Shown here piece by piece: positions 41,032-48,754 of a stretch of DNA of 64,000 nt. Each line of letters starts with the position of its first letter. Position 1 is the stretch's first letter. A program made the translations under genes and the position numbers. This stretch comes from an uncultured Clostridia bacterium (lineage in GTDB: Bacteria; Bacillota; Clostridia; Christensenellales; UBA1242), in NCBI GenBank assembly GCA_944377315.1, contig CALWEM010000022.1:6183-70182 (forward strand), written 5' to 3'. The notes under the pieces were generated by a model. The model saw only the letters and a program-made list of their open reading frames with translations. It had not been told where the DNA came from and made no database searches.

Positions 41032-41060
41032 GTTGACAGATTATGTAAATTTTGTTAAAC
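41032..41060 (+). promoter_or_regulatory. Promoter of tatD
   Basis: TTGACA (41032-41037), a 17-nt spacer ending in TGt, then TAAACT (41055-41060). Confidence 0.55.
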
Positions 41061-41086
41061 TATTTCTGAAATAAAAGGGAAAAGAT

Positions 41087-41845
41087 ATGTTTGTTGATGT
41101 GCACGCTCACTTATGTGATGAAAAATTTATTGATGTGGACGAAATTGTGAAAAATGCCAGAGAAAAAAGAGTGGAGAAAATCATCTCTGCAAGTTATAAT
41201 TTTTCTTCGTGCAAGAAAAATCTTGAAATTGCAAACAAATTTGACAATGTTTTTTTGACAGTTGGTATTCACCCTGAAAATGTGGATGAAATCGATGAGA
41301 ATTATCTTTCAAATCTGAAAAATTTGTCACAAAGTAAAAAAATCGTGGCAATTGGCGAAATTGGACTTGATTATCATTGGCGAGATGATAACAAAGAAAA
41401 ACAGCAAAAAGTTTTTGTTGAACAAATTGAACTTGCAAATGAATTAGATTTGCCGATTGTGGTGCATTGTCGAGATGCAATTGGTGACACTCTTGAAATC
41501 TTGAAGAAACACACGCCCAAAAGAGAAAGTTTGATGCATTGCTATGGCGGAAGTGAAGAAAGTGCCAAAGAGTTTTTGAAACTTGGTTTTTCTTTTTCCT
41601 TTGGTGGTGTGGTCACTTTCAAAAATGCCAAAAATGTTCTGAAAGTGGTGGAAGCGTTACCGCTTGAAAAAATAATGTTGGAAACCGATTGTCCGTATAT
41701 GAGCCCAGAGCCCTTTCGTGGAAAACTTAATGAGCCAAAAAATATTCCAATCATTGCTCAAAAGATTTCCGAGATAAAAAACTTGGAAATTTCAAAAATT
41801 GAAGAAAAAACCACAAAAAATACCGAAAAAATGTTTAAAATTTGA
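41087..41845 (+). CDS. tatD: TatD-family metal-dependent DNase/hydrolase (YabD)
   Basis: Motifs FVDVHAHL, GEIGLDYHW, VVHCRDA and ETDCPYM. Confidence 0.9.
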   Translation: MFVDVHAHLCDEKFIDVDEIVKNAREKRVEKIISASYNFSSCKKNLEIANKFDNVFLTVGIHPENVDEIDENYLSNLKNLSQSKKIVAIGEIGLDYHWRDDNKEKQQKVFVEQIELANELDLPIVVHCRDAIGDTLEILKKHTPKRESLMHCYGGSEESAKEFLKLGFSFSFGGVVTFKNAKNVLKVVEALPLEKIMLETDCPYMSPEPFRGKLNEPKNIPIIAQKISEIKNLEISKIEEKTTKNTEKMFKI

Positions 41846-41899
41846 TTTTTTTTGCATTTTTTAATAAATTTTATTTAATTTTTTATAAAGGGAAAAAAT

Positions 41900-42673
41900 A
41901 TGTTTAATTTTAAAAAGAAATTTGGTCAAAATTTTTTGAGTGATAAAAACCTTCTCAAAGCGATTGTTGCCGACTCTCAAATTTGTGAAAAGGACACTGT
42001 TTTGGAAATTGGAGCGGGAGCTGGAGCACTCACACAAGAACTTTCCAAGGTGGCAAAAAAAGTGGTAAGTTTTGAGATTGACACCGACCTTAAAGATGAG
42101 CTAGAATCATTGGAATTAAAAAATGTGGAGTTTGTTTTTCAAGACTTTATGAAGATTGACTTAAAAGAATTTGAAAAAGAGTTATCTTCATACAAAGTTG
42201 TGGCAAATTTACCATACTATATCACCACACCCATCATTTTCAAACTTTTGGAAGAAAGTGAAAAAGTGACATCTCTCACAATAATGGTGCAAAAGGAAGT
42301 GGCGGAGCGAGTGGTGAGTGGCACAAACAGCAAAGATTATGGTGTTTTGTCGGTGATGATAAATTTTTATGGTGAGCCAAAAATAATAAGGGTGGTTGGA
42401 AGACAAATGTTCAATCCGATGCCGAATGTGGACTCTGCTGTTTTGAACATTAAGTTGGACAGAAAGAAATACTCAAAAGTTGACAAAGTCAAATTTTCCA
42501 AGTTCATAAAGACGGCTTTTTCGATGCGAAGGAAAACATTATTTAATAATTTAAGTGGGATGTATGGTAAAGAAATATTGAAAAATCGACTTGATGAAAA
42601 ACTTTTGTCAAGACGCGCAGAAACATTTTCTATTCAAGAGTTTATTGAAATTTTTGAAATTCTTGAAAAATAA
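41900..42673 (+). CDS. rsmA: 16S rRNA (adenine1518/1519-N6)-dimethyltransferase
   Basis: Motifs KKFGQNFL, LEIGAGAGALT and VANLPYYITTPI. Confidence 0.92.
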   Translation: MFNFKKKFGQNFLSDKNLLKAIVADSQICEKDTVLEIGAGAGALTQELSKVAKKVVSFEIDTDLKDELESLELKNVEFVFQDFMKIDLKEFEKELSSYKVVANLPYYITTPIIFKLLEESEKVTSLTIMVQKEVAERVVSGTNSKDYGVLSVMINFYGEPKIIRVVGRQMFNPMPNVDSAVLNIKLDRKKYSKVDKVKFSKFIKTAFSMRRKTLFNNLSGMYGKEILKNRLDEKLLSRRAETFSIQEFIEIFEILEK

Positions 42674-42695
42674 ATAAAAAATAATTTTTAATAAA

Positions 42696-42733
42696 AAAAT
42701 CGCATTTTATCTATTTTTTTGCGATTTTTTTTG
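42696..42733 (+). terminator. Rho-independent terminator after rsmA
   Basis: 10-bp stem AAAAATCGCA (42696-42705) / TGCGATTTTT (42721-42730) with a 15-nt loop; the T run continues to 42733. Confidence 0.55.
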
Positions 42734-42825
42734 AATTTTAGCCTATTTTTTTGAATTTTTGATTTTTAATAATTTTTATTTTGAAAATTAATGGCAAAAA
42801 TAATAAAAAATTAATATAAAAATAT

Positions 42826-42978
42826 ATGAAAAAAGAAGATATGATTGTTCTTGCAACATATATCGCAATGGAATTAAGTAAAGACAAATCTTTTGATGAG
42901 GTAAGAGAATTGAGAGATTTGGTCAATCAAGTTGGCTGTTCGCTGACCACTCTTCTTTCTTGCAAAATAAAAAAATAA
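42826..42978 (+). CDS. Hypothetical 50-aa ORF (below the ORF-track cutoff)
   Basis: Sequence MKKEDMIVLATYIAMELSKDKSFDEVRELRDLVNQVGCSLTTLLSCKIKK. No SD and no recognisable family. It competes with a low-complexity antisense ORF (42738-42926). Confidence 0.2.
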   Translation: MKKEDMIVLATYIAMELSKDKSFDEVRELRDLVNQVGCSLTTLLSCKIKK

Positions 42979-42988
42979 TTTTTCTTTG

Positions 42989-43017
42989 TTGAAAAATCTT
43001 TTTTTATGTGCTATAAT
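42989..43017 (+). promoter_or_regulatory. Near-consensus extended -10 promoter placed for a leaderless transcript of the HExxH gene
   Basis: TTGAAA (42989-42994), a 17-nt spacer, then TGcTATAAT with the hexamer at 43012-43017. ATG 43025 lies 8 nt after the hexamer with no SD. Confidence 0.6.
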
Positions 43018-43024
43018 CATTCCT

Positions 43025-43825
43025 ATGGAAAAAAGATTGCAAGAGATAAAAGAAAATTATCTTCAAAAAGCAAAGGAGTTTTTTGGCGAAGTGCCAAAAC
43101 ATTGTCATTCCACTCGCATCGTTATTGCTTCTTCGCCGACAGACAAATTTTCTTCGGGTGCAGATTGCAAAAACAATATAATTTATCTTCATCCTGATGT
43201 TATTTCAAAAAACAAAGATATTGAGTGGGTGATTTTTCACGAAATGGAGCATATTCGTCTTGCTCGCGATTTTGGTAATGACCAATGCACGGGGTTTTAT
43301 CTTGATTATGAATATGGCACTGGCGAAGCGTTAAACGAAGGAGTGACAGATATTGCAACGACCTTCTTGCTTTCAAGAAAGCAATTTGGTTCTTGTACAT
43401 ATGATGAAACCATTGCACTCACCAGACAAATTTTTGCTCTTCTTGGAAAAGATGACAGAGAAATAACAAAATATTGCACTCTTTCAGGGCGTAGAAAATT
43501 TATTGATGACTTTGAAGAAATTGCCGGAGTCGATGTTTTTCCACTTTTGGAAACATCTCTTCAAAATGTTCACGATTCACATATCCAAGATATCTTGAAA
43601 GAGTATGAAAAATATGGCAAAATTTTTTCCAAACCGCTTGGGAATTTTCACAGTGAAAAAACACAACGAGCAAGAGAAACTTTCAAGAATTTGGTTTTGC
43701 CAACAGTTGTTAAATTTATCAAGAAAAAAGGTGTGGTGTCTTGCGAAGAACTTAATGACAGAATGAAGAAAATGGAAGAACTTTCGCCATACAAAACAAA
43801 AGAAGTTTCTTTGCCACAAAAATAA
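43025..43825 (+). CDS. Putative zinc metallopeptidase (HExxH), uncharacterised family
   Basis: WVIFHEMEHIRLARDF carries HEMEH, and a downstream EALNEGVTD could supply the third ligand. The start is refined from the TTG at 42986, which lies inside the promoter, to ATG 43025 (MEKRLQEIK). Confidence 0.6.
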   Translation: MEKRLQEIKENYLQKAKEFFGEVPKHCHSTRIVIASSPTDKFSSGADCKNNIIYLHPDVISKNKDIEWVIFHEMEHIRLARDFGNDQCTGFYLDYEYGTGEALNEGVTDIATTFLLSRKQFGSCTYDETIALTRQIFALLGKDDREITKYCTLSGRRKFIDDFEEIAGVDVFPLLETSLQNVHDSHIQDILKEYEKYGKIFSKPLGNFHSEKTQRARETFKNLVLPTVVKFIKKKGVVSCEELNDRMKKMEELSPYKTKEVSLPQK

Positions 43826-43910
43826 ATAATATCATCGGCAGTTGCGTTGAATTTTGAAAATTGTATTGAAAAATCGATAAATCTTTCGACTTTGAAAAAG
43901 TTAATTTTTC

Positions 43911-43939
43911 TTTACAATTTTTTTTAACTATGCTAATAT
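43911..43939 (+). promoter_or_regulatory. Promoter abutting the dus start codon (leaderless-type)
   Basis: TTTACA (43911-43916), a 17-nt spacer, then TAATAT (43934-43939). ATG 43947 is 8 nt after the hexamer with no SD. Confidence 0.5.
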
Positions 43940-43946
43940 ATCTTAT

Positions 43947-44876
43947 ATGAAAATTAAAGGCGTTGATTTTGGGAAAATTTTTCTTGCACCAATGGCTGGT
44001 GTGAGCGATGTTGGGTTCAGAGAGCAAGCGGTCAAATTTGGAGCAGACGCGACAGTGACTGAAATGCTTTCTGCACGAGCAATGTTTCATAATCCAAAGA
44101 AAACCGCACTTTTGACCATTACTTCTCCGCTTGAAAAAGTGGTGGTGGCGCAAATTTTTGGACACGAGAAAGAATATATGAAAAAGGCGGTGGAAAGTGA
44201 GTTACTTTCAAAATTTTCATCGTTTGACATAAATATGGGGTGTCCTGCACCAAAAATTGTCAAGAACGGCGAAGGGGGTGCACTTATGGACAACCTTCCA
44301 CTTGCAAGTGAGATAATAAAATCCTGTCGAGAAGTCACAGAGAAACCGCTGTCAGTTAAGTTTCGAAAAGGCTTTCACAAACTAAATTATTTAGATTTTG
44401 CGCGAATGTGCGAAGATAGTGGTGCGGACTTTATCACTTTCCACGCACGAACGGTGGAAGAAGGATATTCCGGACACGCTGACTATGATGCAATTGCAGA
44501 AGTAAAGTCAAAAATTAATATTCCAGTTGTTGGAAATGGTGATGTTGTCGACCAAAAATCATATAATGAAATGCTGGCAACGGGAGTTGATGCTGTTATG
44601 ATTGGACGCGGAGCATTGGGCGAGCCTTGGATTTTTGGCAAACTCAAAGGAGATAATTTGGACGGCCTTAATAAACTTAATGTGGTGAAAGAGCATATTA
44701 AAACATTGAGAAAGTTCTATAATGAAGATTGGCTCAAACTCTATATTCGCAAGCACCTTCTTTGGTATGCCAAAAATCTTCCACTTGCCTCCACCGTTCG
44801 TTTGAGTCTTGCCACCTGTCAAGATATTGATGAGTGCGTGGAGATACTTAATAAATGTTTTTCAGAAAATAATTAA
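43947..44876 (+). CDS. dus: tRNA-dihydrouridine synthase
   Basis: FLAPMAGVSDVGFR, QIFG, DINMGCPAPKI, KFR.G, and HART followed by GNGD. Confidence 0.9.
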   Translation: MKIKGVDFGKIFLAPMAGVSDVGFREQAVKFGADATVTEMLSARAMFHNPKKTALLTITSPLEKVVVAQIFGHEKEYMKKAVESELLSKFSSFDINMGCPAPKIVKNGEGGALMDNLPLASEIIKSCREVTEKPLSVKFRKGFHKLNYLDFARMCEDSGADFITFHARTVEEGYSGHADYDAIAEVKSKINIPVVGNGDVVDQKSYNEMLATGVDAVMIGRGALGEPWIFGKLKGDNLDGLNKLNVVKEHIKTLRKFYNEDWLKLYIRKHLLWYAKNLPLASTVRLSLATCQDIDECVEILNKCFSENN

Positions 44877-44882
44877 TTTAAT

Positions 44883-44911
44883 TTGCCTTTTCTTTGAAAA
44901 AGTTGTATTAT
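44883..44911 (+). promoter_or_regulatory. Promoter of pgk-tpiA
   Basis: TTGCCT (44883-44888), a 17-nt spacer, then TATTAT (44906-44911). Confidence 0.45.
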
Positions 44912-44932
44912 AAACTTATGGGGGAGTGTCCT

Positions 44933-46096
44933 ATGAAAAGAACCATTCGTGATTTGAAAAATATTAAGGATAAAAGAGTCCTTTTGAGATGTGACTTTAA
45001 TATTCCACTTGATAAATATGGCGATATTTTGGACGACACAAGAATTTTTGAGTCCTTGCCAACCATCAAGTATCTTAATGACCAAGATTGCAAGCTTATT
45101 CTTTGCTCGCATCTGGGCAGACCAAAAGGGTATGACAAATATCTTTCTCTTTTCCCAGTTGCTGTCTATCTTATGAAACGCTTCCCAAACAAAGTGAAAT
45201 TTTGTCCAAAAGTGAGTGGTAAAGATGTGACAACTGCTGTGAAGAATCTTAAAAGTGGCGAAATCTTGCTTTTGGAAAATCTCCGATTCGACCCAAGAGA
45301 AGAGCAAAACGATGACAGTTTTGTCAAAGAACTTTGCTCAATTGCAGATGTCTATGTTGATGACGCCTTCGGTGTTTCTCACAGAAAACACGCTTCAAAC
45401 TATGGAGTCGCTTTGAAACTTCCAAATGCCATCGGATTTTTGGTGGAAAAAGAACTTGATGTTTTTGAAAAGGCTCTCAAAAATCCAAAGCGTCCGTTCG
45501 TGGCTATTTTTGGCGGTGCAAAGGTGAAAGATAAGTTAACACTTATTAATAATGTGCTGGGCAAAGCGGACACAATTTTGATTGGTGGCGGAATGGCATA
45601 CACTTTCCTTCTTGCCAAGGGTGTGAATATCGGAAAATCCATTGTCGACCTTGACCTTGTGGATGATGCCAGAGATATTCTTCAAAAGGCAAAAGAAAAA
45701 GGAACAAAAATTCTTCTTCCAATCGACCACGTAACGCTGGTGGGTGACAAGGTGAAAAAGGCGTTTTTGATGGATCAAGATATGGTTGGTTTGGACATTG
45801 GAAAAGACACCATCAAAGAATTTAAAAAAGAAATCAAAACTGCTGGACAAATTTTGTGGAATGGCCCACTTGGCAAATATGAAGACCCGCGTTTTAGGAA
45901 GGGAACCTACAAAATTGCTCAAGCTGTGGCAAAGTCAAAAGCATATTCCATCGTTGGTGGTGGTGACAGTGTCGGTGCAATCAACACTTTGGGATTTGCC
46001 AAAAAAATCGACCACTTGTCAACCGGTGGCGGTGCAAGTATGAAACTTATGGAAGGAAAAGTTTTGCCGGCAATTGAAGTGATTGACACATTGTGA
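44933..46096 (+). CDS. pgk: Phosphoglycerate kinase
   Basis: RVLLRCDFNIPL, SHLGRPKG, FGGAKVKDK and STGGGASM. The start is refined to ATG 44933 (MKRTIRDL), 6 nt after GGGGAG. The ORF-track start at 44894 lies inside the promoter. Confidence 0.95.
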   Translation: MKRTIRDLKNIKDKRVLLRCDFNIPLDKYGDILDDTRIFESLPTIKYLNDQDCKLILCSHLGRPKGYDKYLSLFPVAVYLMKRFPNKVKFCPKVSGKDVTTAVKNLKSGEILLLENLRFDPREEQNDDSFVKELCSIADVYVDDAFGVSHRKHASNYGVALKLPNAIGFLVEKELDVFEKALKNPKRPFVAIFGGAKVKDKLTLINNVLGKADTILIGGGMAYTFLLAKGVNIGKSIVDLDLVDDARDILQKAKEKGTKILLPIDHVTLVGDKVKKAFLMDQDMVGLDIGKDTIKEFKKEIKTAGQILWNGPLGKYEDPRFRKGTYKIAQAVAKSKAYSIVGGGDSVGAINTLGFAKKIDHLSTGGGASMKLMEGKVLPAIEVIDTL

Positions 46097-46100
46097 GTGC

Positions 46101-46180
46101 GAGAAAGCCCACGCGAACCGCGTGCGGAAAACTTCCAGTTTTCCAAAAATTTTTAACGAGTTAAAAATTTTGGCTTTCTC
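46101..46180 (+). other. 80-nt perfectly nested four-way-junction element (closing stem plus three hairpins) in the pgk-tpiA spacer
   Basis: The closing stem is GAGAAAGCC (46101-46109) / GGCTTTCTC (46172-46180). Hairpin A is CACGCG-AAC-CGCGTG (46110-46124). Hairpin B is GGAAAAC-TTCCA-GTTTTCC (46126-46144). Hairpin C is an 11-bp AT stem at 46146-46171 with loop CGAG. Junction linkers are 0, 1, 1 and 0 nt. No T tail follows. Confidence 0.6.
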
Positions 46181-46212
46181 ACCAAATCATATGGAAATAA
46201 AAAAGGGGAGAT

Positions 46213-46962
46213 ATGAAAAAAATAATAATTGCAAACTTCAAAATGAACACAACACCAAGCGAGATGAAAGGTTATTCAATGACGCTTGCCACAAAAACGG
46301 CAAACACAAAAAATCAAATCATTGTTTGTCCACCCTTCACACACCTGTCCACAGCAAAGCAGTTTCTTGATGGCAGTAAAGTCACGCTGGGTGCACAAAA
46401 TGTCAGTGATGCCGAAAAAGGTGCCTACACTGGTGAGATTTCTGCAAGTATGCTTAAAGACTTGGGAGTGGAATATGTCATCATTGGACATTCGGAAAGA
46501 AGGGGAAAATTCAAAGAAACCGACCGACTTATTAATCGCAAGATAAAAACCGCTCTTTCTTTTGGGCTTAAAGTTATTTTGTGCGTGGGCGAAGATATGG
46601 TGACACGCGGTGCAAAGCAGGCAGTGCCATTTGTCAAGAAGCAACTTGATGACGCTTTGAAAGGCATATATGAAAACGAACTTGAAGGCATTGTTGTTGC
46701 TTATGAACCTATTTGGGCTATTGGCACAGGCAAAAGTGCGACACTCAAAGATATTGAAAAAATGACAGTGGCGATTCGAAAAGAAATTTCGAACTTATAC
46801 AGCGAAAAAGCAGGAGAAAGCATCAATGTTGTCTATGGTGGAAGCATTGATTTGAACAACTATAAAAAGATAATTTCCCTTCCTTGCATTAATGGTGTTT
46901 TGATTGGTGGGGCAAGTTTGAATGTTGATAACTTTTCTTTGATTGCAAGAGAAAATTACTAA
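46213..46962 (+). CDS. tpiA: Triosephosphate isomerase
   Basis: IIANFKMN, VIIGHSERR, AYEPIWAIGTG and VVYGGS. SD GGGGAG. Confidence 0.95.
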   Translation: MKKIIIANFKMNTTPSEMKGYSMTLATKTANTKNQIIVCPPFTHLSTAKQFLDGSKVTLGAQNVSDAEKGAYTGEISASMLKDLGVEYVIIGHSERRGKFKETDRLINRKIKTALSFGLKVILCVGEDMVTRGAKQAVPFVKKQLDDALKGIYENELEGIVVAYEPIWAIGTGKSATLKDIEKMTVAIRKEISNLYSEKAGESINVVYGGSIDLNNYKKIISLPCINGVLIGGASLNVDNFSLIARENY

Positions 46963-46974
46963 AACGGAGTTAAG

Positions 46975-48078
46975 ATGGAACATATTTCACTATACAGAAA
47001 GTATCGTCCAAAGACATTTGATGAGGTTATTGGGCAGGACCATATAACCAAGACACTGGAAAACCAAATTATGAACAATCATATTGGCCACGCTTACCTA
47101 TTCACTGGCACGCGTGGCACAGGGAAAACGAGTATTGCTAAAATTCTCGCTCGTGCTGTGAATTGTCTAAATCCAGTGAAAGGTTCGCCGTGCGGTAAAT
47201 GTGAAAATTGTTTGAATTTGCAAAAGGAAAATGACATCAATATCATTGAAATTGACGCTGCATCAAACAACAAAGTTGATGATGTCCGAGAAATCAGAGA
47301 AAAAGTGAAGTTTTTGCCGGTTGGTGCAAAATATAAGGTATATATCATTGACGAAGTGCATATGCTCACAGACTCTGCTTTCAATGCACTTTTGAAAACT
47401 TTGGAAGAGCCACCTGCACACATAATCTTCATTTTGGCGACCACAGAAGTGCATAAACTTCCACAAACAATTCTGTCACGCTGTGTTCGATTTGATTTTC
47501 ACTTGGTTTCAGTGGAAGATTTGATGAAGCATCTACGAAAAATATTTGACAAAGAGAACATCAAGTGTGATGAAGAAAGTTTGAAGCTTATTGCCACAGC
47601 CGGAGAAGGAAGCGTGCGTGACACACTTTCAATTGCCGACTCGATTGCGTCATATTGTCAAAACGATATAACAAAAGACGAGACTTTGAAAATTTTGGGC
47701 ACGACAGACTATGAACTCATTTTGAACTTTTTTGACGCTTTGAGAGAAAAAGAAGTTGGAAAAATTTTGGAACTTATTGACCAAATTGAAAAAGAAGGCA
47801 AGAATTTGGCAGTCTTTTCCAAAGATGTCAGCAAGCACGCGAGAAATTTGTTGATAGCAAAAACTTGCACTGACGCGAACAAAATCTTGAATTTGCCAGA
47901 TGATGTGTTTGAAAAATTCGCTTCACAAGCAGAGCAATTCAATGAGAAAGATTTGATAAGATATATGCAAGTCTTTTCATCGGCAGAAAATGAACTTCGC
48001 TACACTTTGTCAGTGCGCTTACTTTTGGAAACCACGGCACTCACTGCTTCGCTTGGTTTTGAAGTAAAAAAAAACTGA
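46975..48078 (+). CDS. dnaX: DNA polymerase III gamma/tau subunit; the zero-frame product covers domains I-III only (367 aa)
   Basis: Walker A GTRGTGKTS, zinc module CGKCENC, Walker B IIDEVHMLT, and LLKTLEEPP with SRC (TILSRCVRFDF). It terminates at AAA AAA AAC TGA immediately after an A9 run. Confidence 0.9.
   Translation: MEHISLYRKYRPKTFDEVIGQDHITKTLENQIMNNHIGHAYLFTGTRGTGKTSIAKILARAVNCLNPVKGSPCGKCENCLNLQKENDINIIEIDAASNNKVDDVREIREKVKFLPVGAKYKVYIIDEVHMLTDSAFNALLKTLEEPPAHIIFILATTEVHKLPQTILSRCVRFDFHLVSVEDLMKHLRKIFDKENIKCDEESLKLIATAGEGSVRDTLSIADSIASYCQNDITKDETLKILGTTDYELILNFFDALREKEVGKILELIDQIEKEGKNLAVFSKDVSKHARNLLIAKTCTDANKILNLPDDVFEKFASQAEQFNEKDLIRYMQVFSSAENELRYTLSVRLLLETTALTASLGFEVKKN
48066..48074 (+). 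other. dnaX: A9 homopolymer: candidate slippage/recoding site (or assembly indel) joining the two dnaX reading frames
   Basis: Nine consecutive A at 48066-48074. The zero-frame stop is at 48076-48078. The -1 frame is open from 48063 to 48413. Confidence 0.5.
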
Positions 48079-48413
48079 AAATTGAAGAAGATGTTTCCAA
48101 ACTTTCGCCAAAGAATGTTTGGGGGAAAATTGTTTTGTTTTTGAAAGAGAACAAAAAAGTTGCACTTCACGTGGCGTGTGGCGATATCACAAATGTTTCG
48201 ATTGAAGGAGAAAAACTTGTTGTTCGTTCATCAGATGATTTTCTCATAAGCATATTGGAAGACGGAAGAAGGGACCTTGAAAATGCCATTCGTTGGCAAG
48301 GGCTGAACTTAACTTTACTTATTGTCAAGTTTGAGAGTAAAGAACAAATGCAAGAAAAGGATATATTAAAATTAAGTCGACTTTTTGGTGACAAACTGAA
48401 AATTGAAGATTGA
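48066..48413 (+). CDS. dnaX: dnaX C-terminal (tau-type) domain encoded in the -1 frame relative to dnaX
   Basis: The -1 frame reads (K)KKLKIEEDVSKLSPKNVWGKIVLFLKENKKVALHVACGDITNV...ILKLSRLFGDKLKIED. This resembles the C-terminal domain of Firmicutes DnaX. The ORF track shows only a TTG-initiated 92-aa fragment (48135-48413) with no SD. Confidence 0.65.
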   Translation, partial: KKKLKIEEDVSKLSPKNVWGKIVLFLKENKKVALHVACGDITNVSIEGEKLVVRSSDDFLISILEDGRRDLENAIRWQGLNLTLLIVKFESKEQMQEKDILKLSRLFGDKLKIED

Positions 48414-48426
48414 AAGGAGAAGAAAA

Positions 48427-48753
48427 ATGGGATATAATTTTGGCGGTGGATTTGGTGGTTTTGGCGGTGGCAATATGCAACAGTTGATGCGCCAAGCGCA
48501 AAAAATGCAAGAAGATATGAAAAGAACAAGAGAAGAAATTGATGCAACAGAATATTCTTCCTCTGTTGGGGGTGGAATGGTGGAAATCACAATGCTGGGC
48601 AACAAAACAGTGAAAAGTGTGAAAATAAAGAAAGAAGTGGTTGACCCAGATGATGTTGAAATGTTGGAAGATTTGATTATTTCAGCCACAAACGACTGCT
48701 TGAAAAAAATTCAAGATGATGAAAGAATGAAATTGCCAAATATGGGATTGTAA
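48427..48753 (+). CDS. ybaB: Nucleoid-associated protein YbaB/EbfC
   Basis: The start is refined to ATG 48427 (MGYNFGGGFGG...NMQQLMRQAQKMQEDM) after AAAGGAGA. The order dnaX-ybaB-recR is conserved. Confidence 0.9.
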   Translation: MGYNFGGGFGGFGGGNMQQLMRQAQKMQEDMKRTREEIDATEYSSSVGGGMVEITMLGNKTVKSVKIKKEVVDPDDVEMLEDLIISATNDCLKKIQDDERMKLPNMGL

Positions 48754-48754
48754 T

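Noticed and set aside
44894-44932. Longer N-terminal extensions offered by the ORF track: pgk 44894, ATPase 30667, HExxH 42986, ybaB 48403, rplK 54683, adhesin 56050 and the hypothetical at 52186.
   Set aside because: In each case an in-frame ATG further downstream has a proper SD and gives the canonical N-terminus or signal peptide. The extensions use TTG/GTG codons or overlap promoters or terminators.
46101-46180. Possible tRNA or tRNA-like gene, because the element is a cloverleaf-shaped four-way junction of tRNA-like length.
   Set aside because: The loops are only 3, 5 and 4 nt. It has no 7-nt anticodon loop and no T-loop (GTTCRA) or D-loop consensus. The closing stem is 9 bp and the third arm 11 bp. 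I kept it as an unexplained structured element instead.
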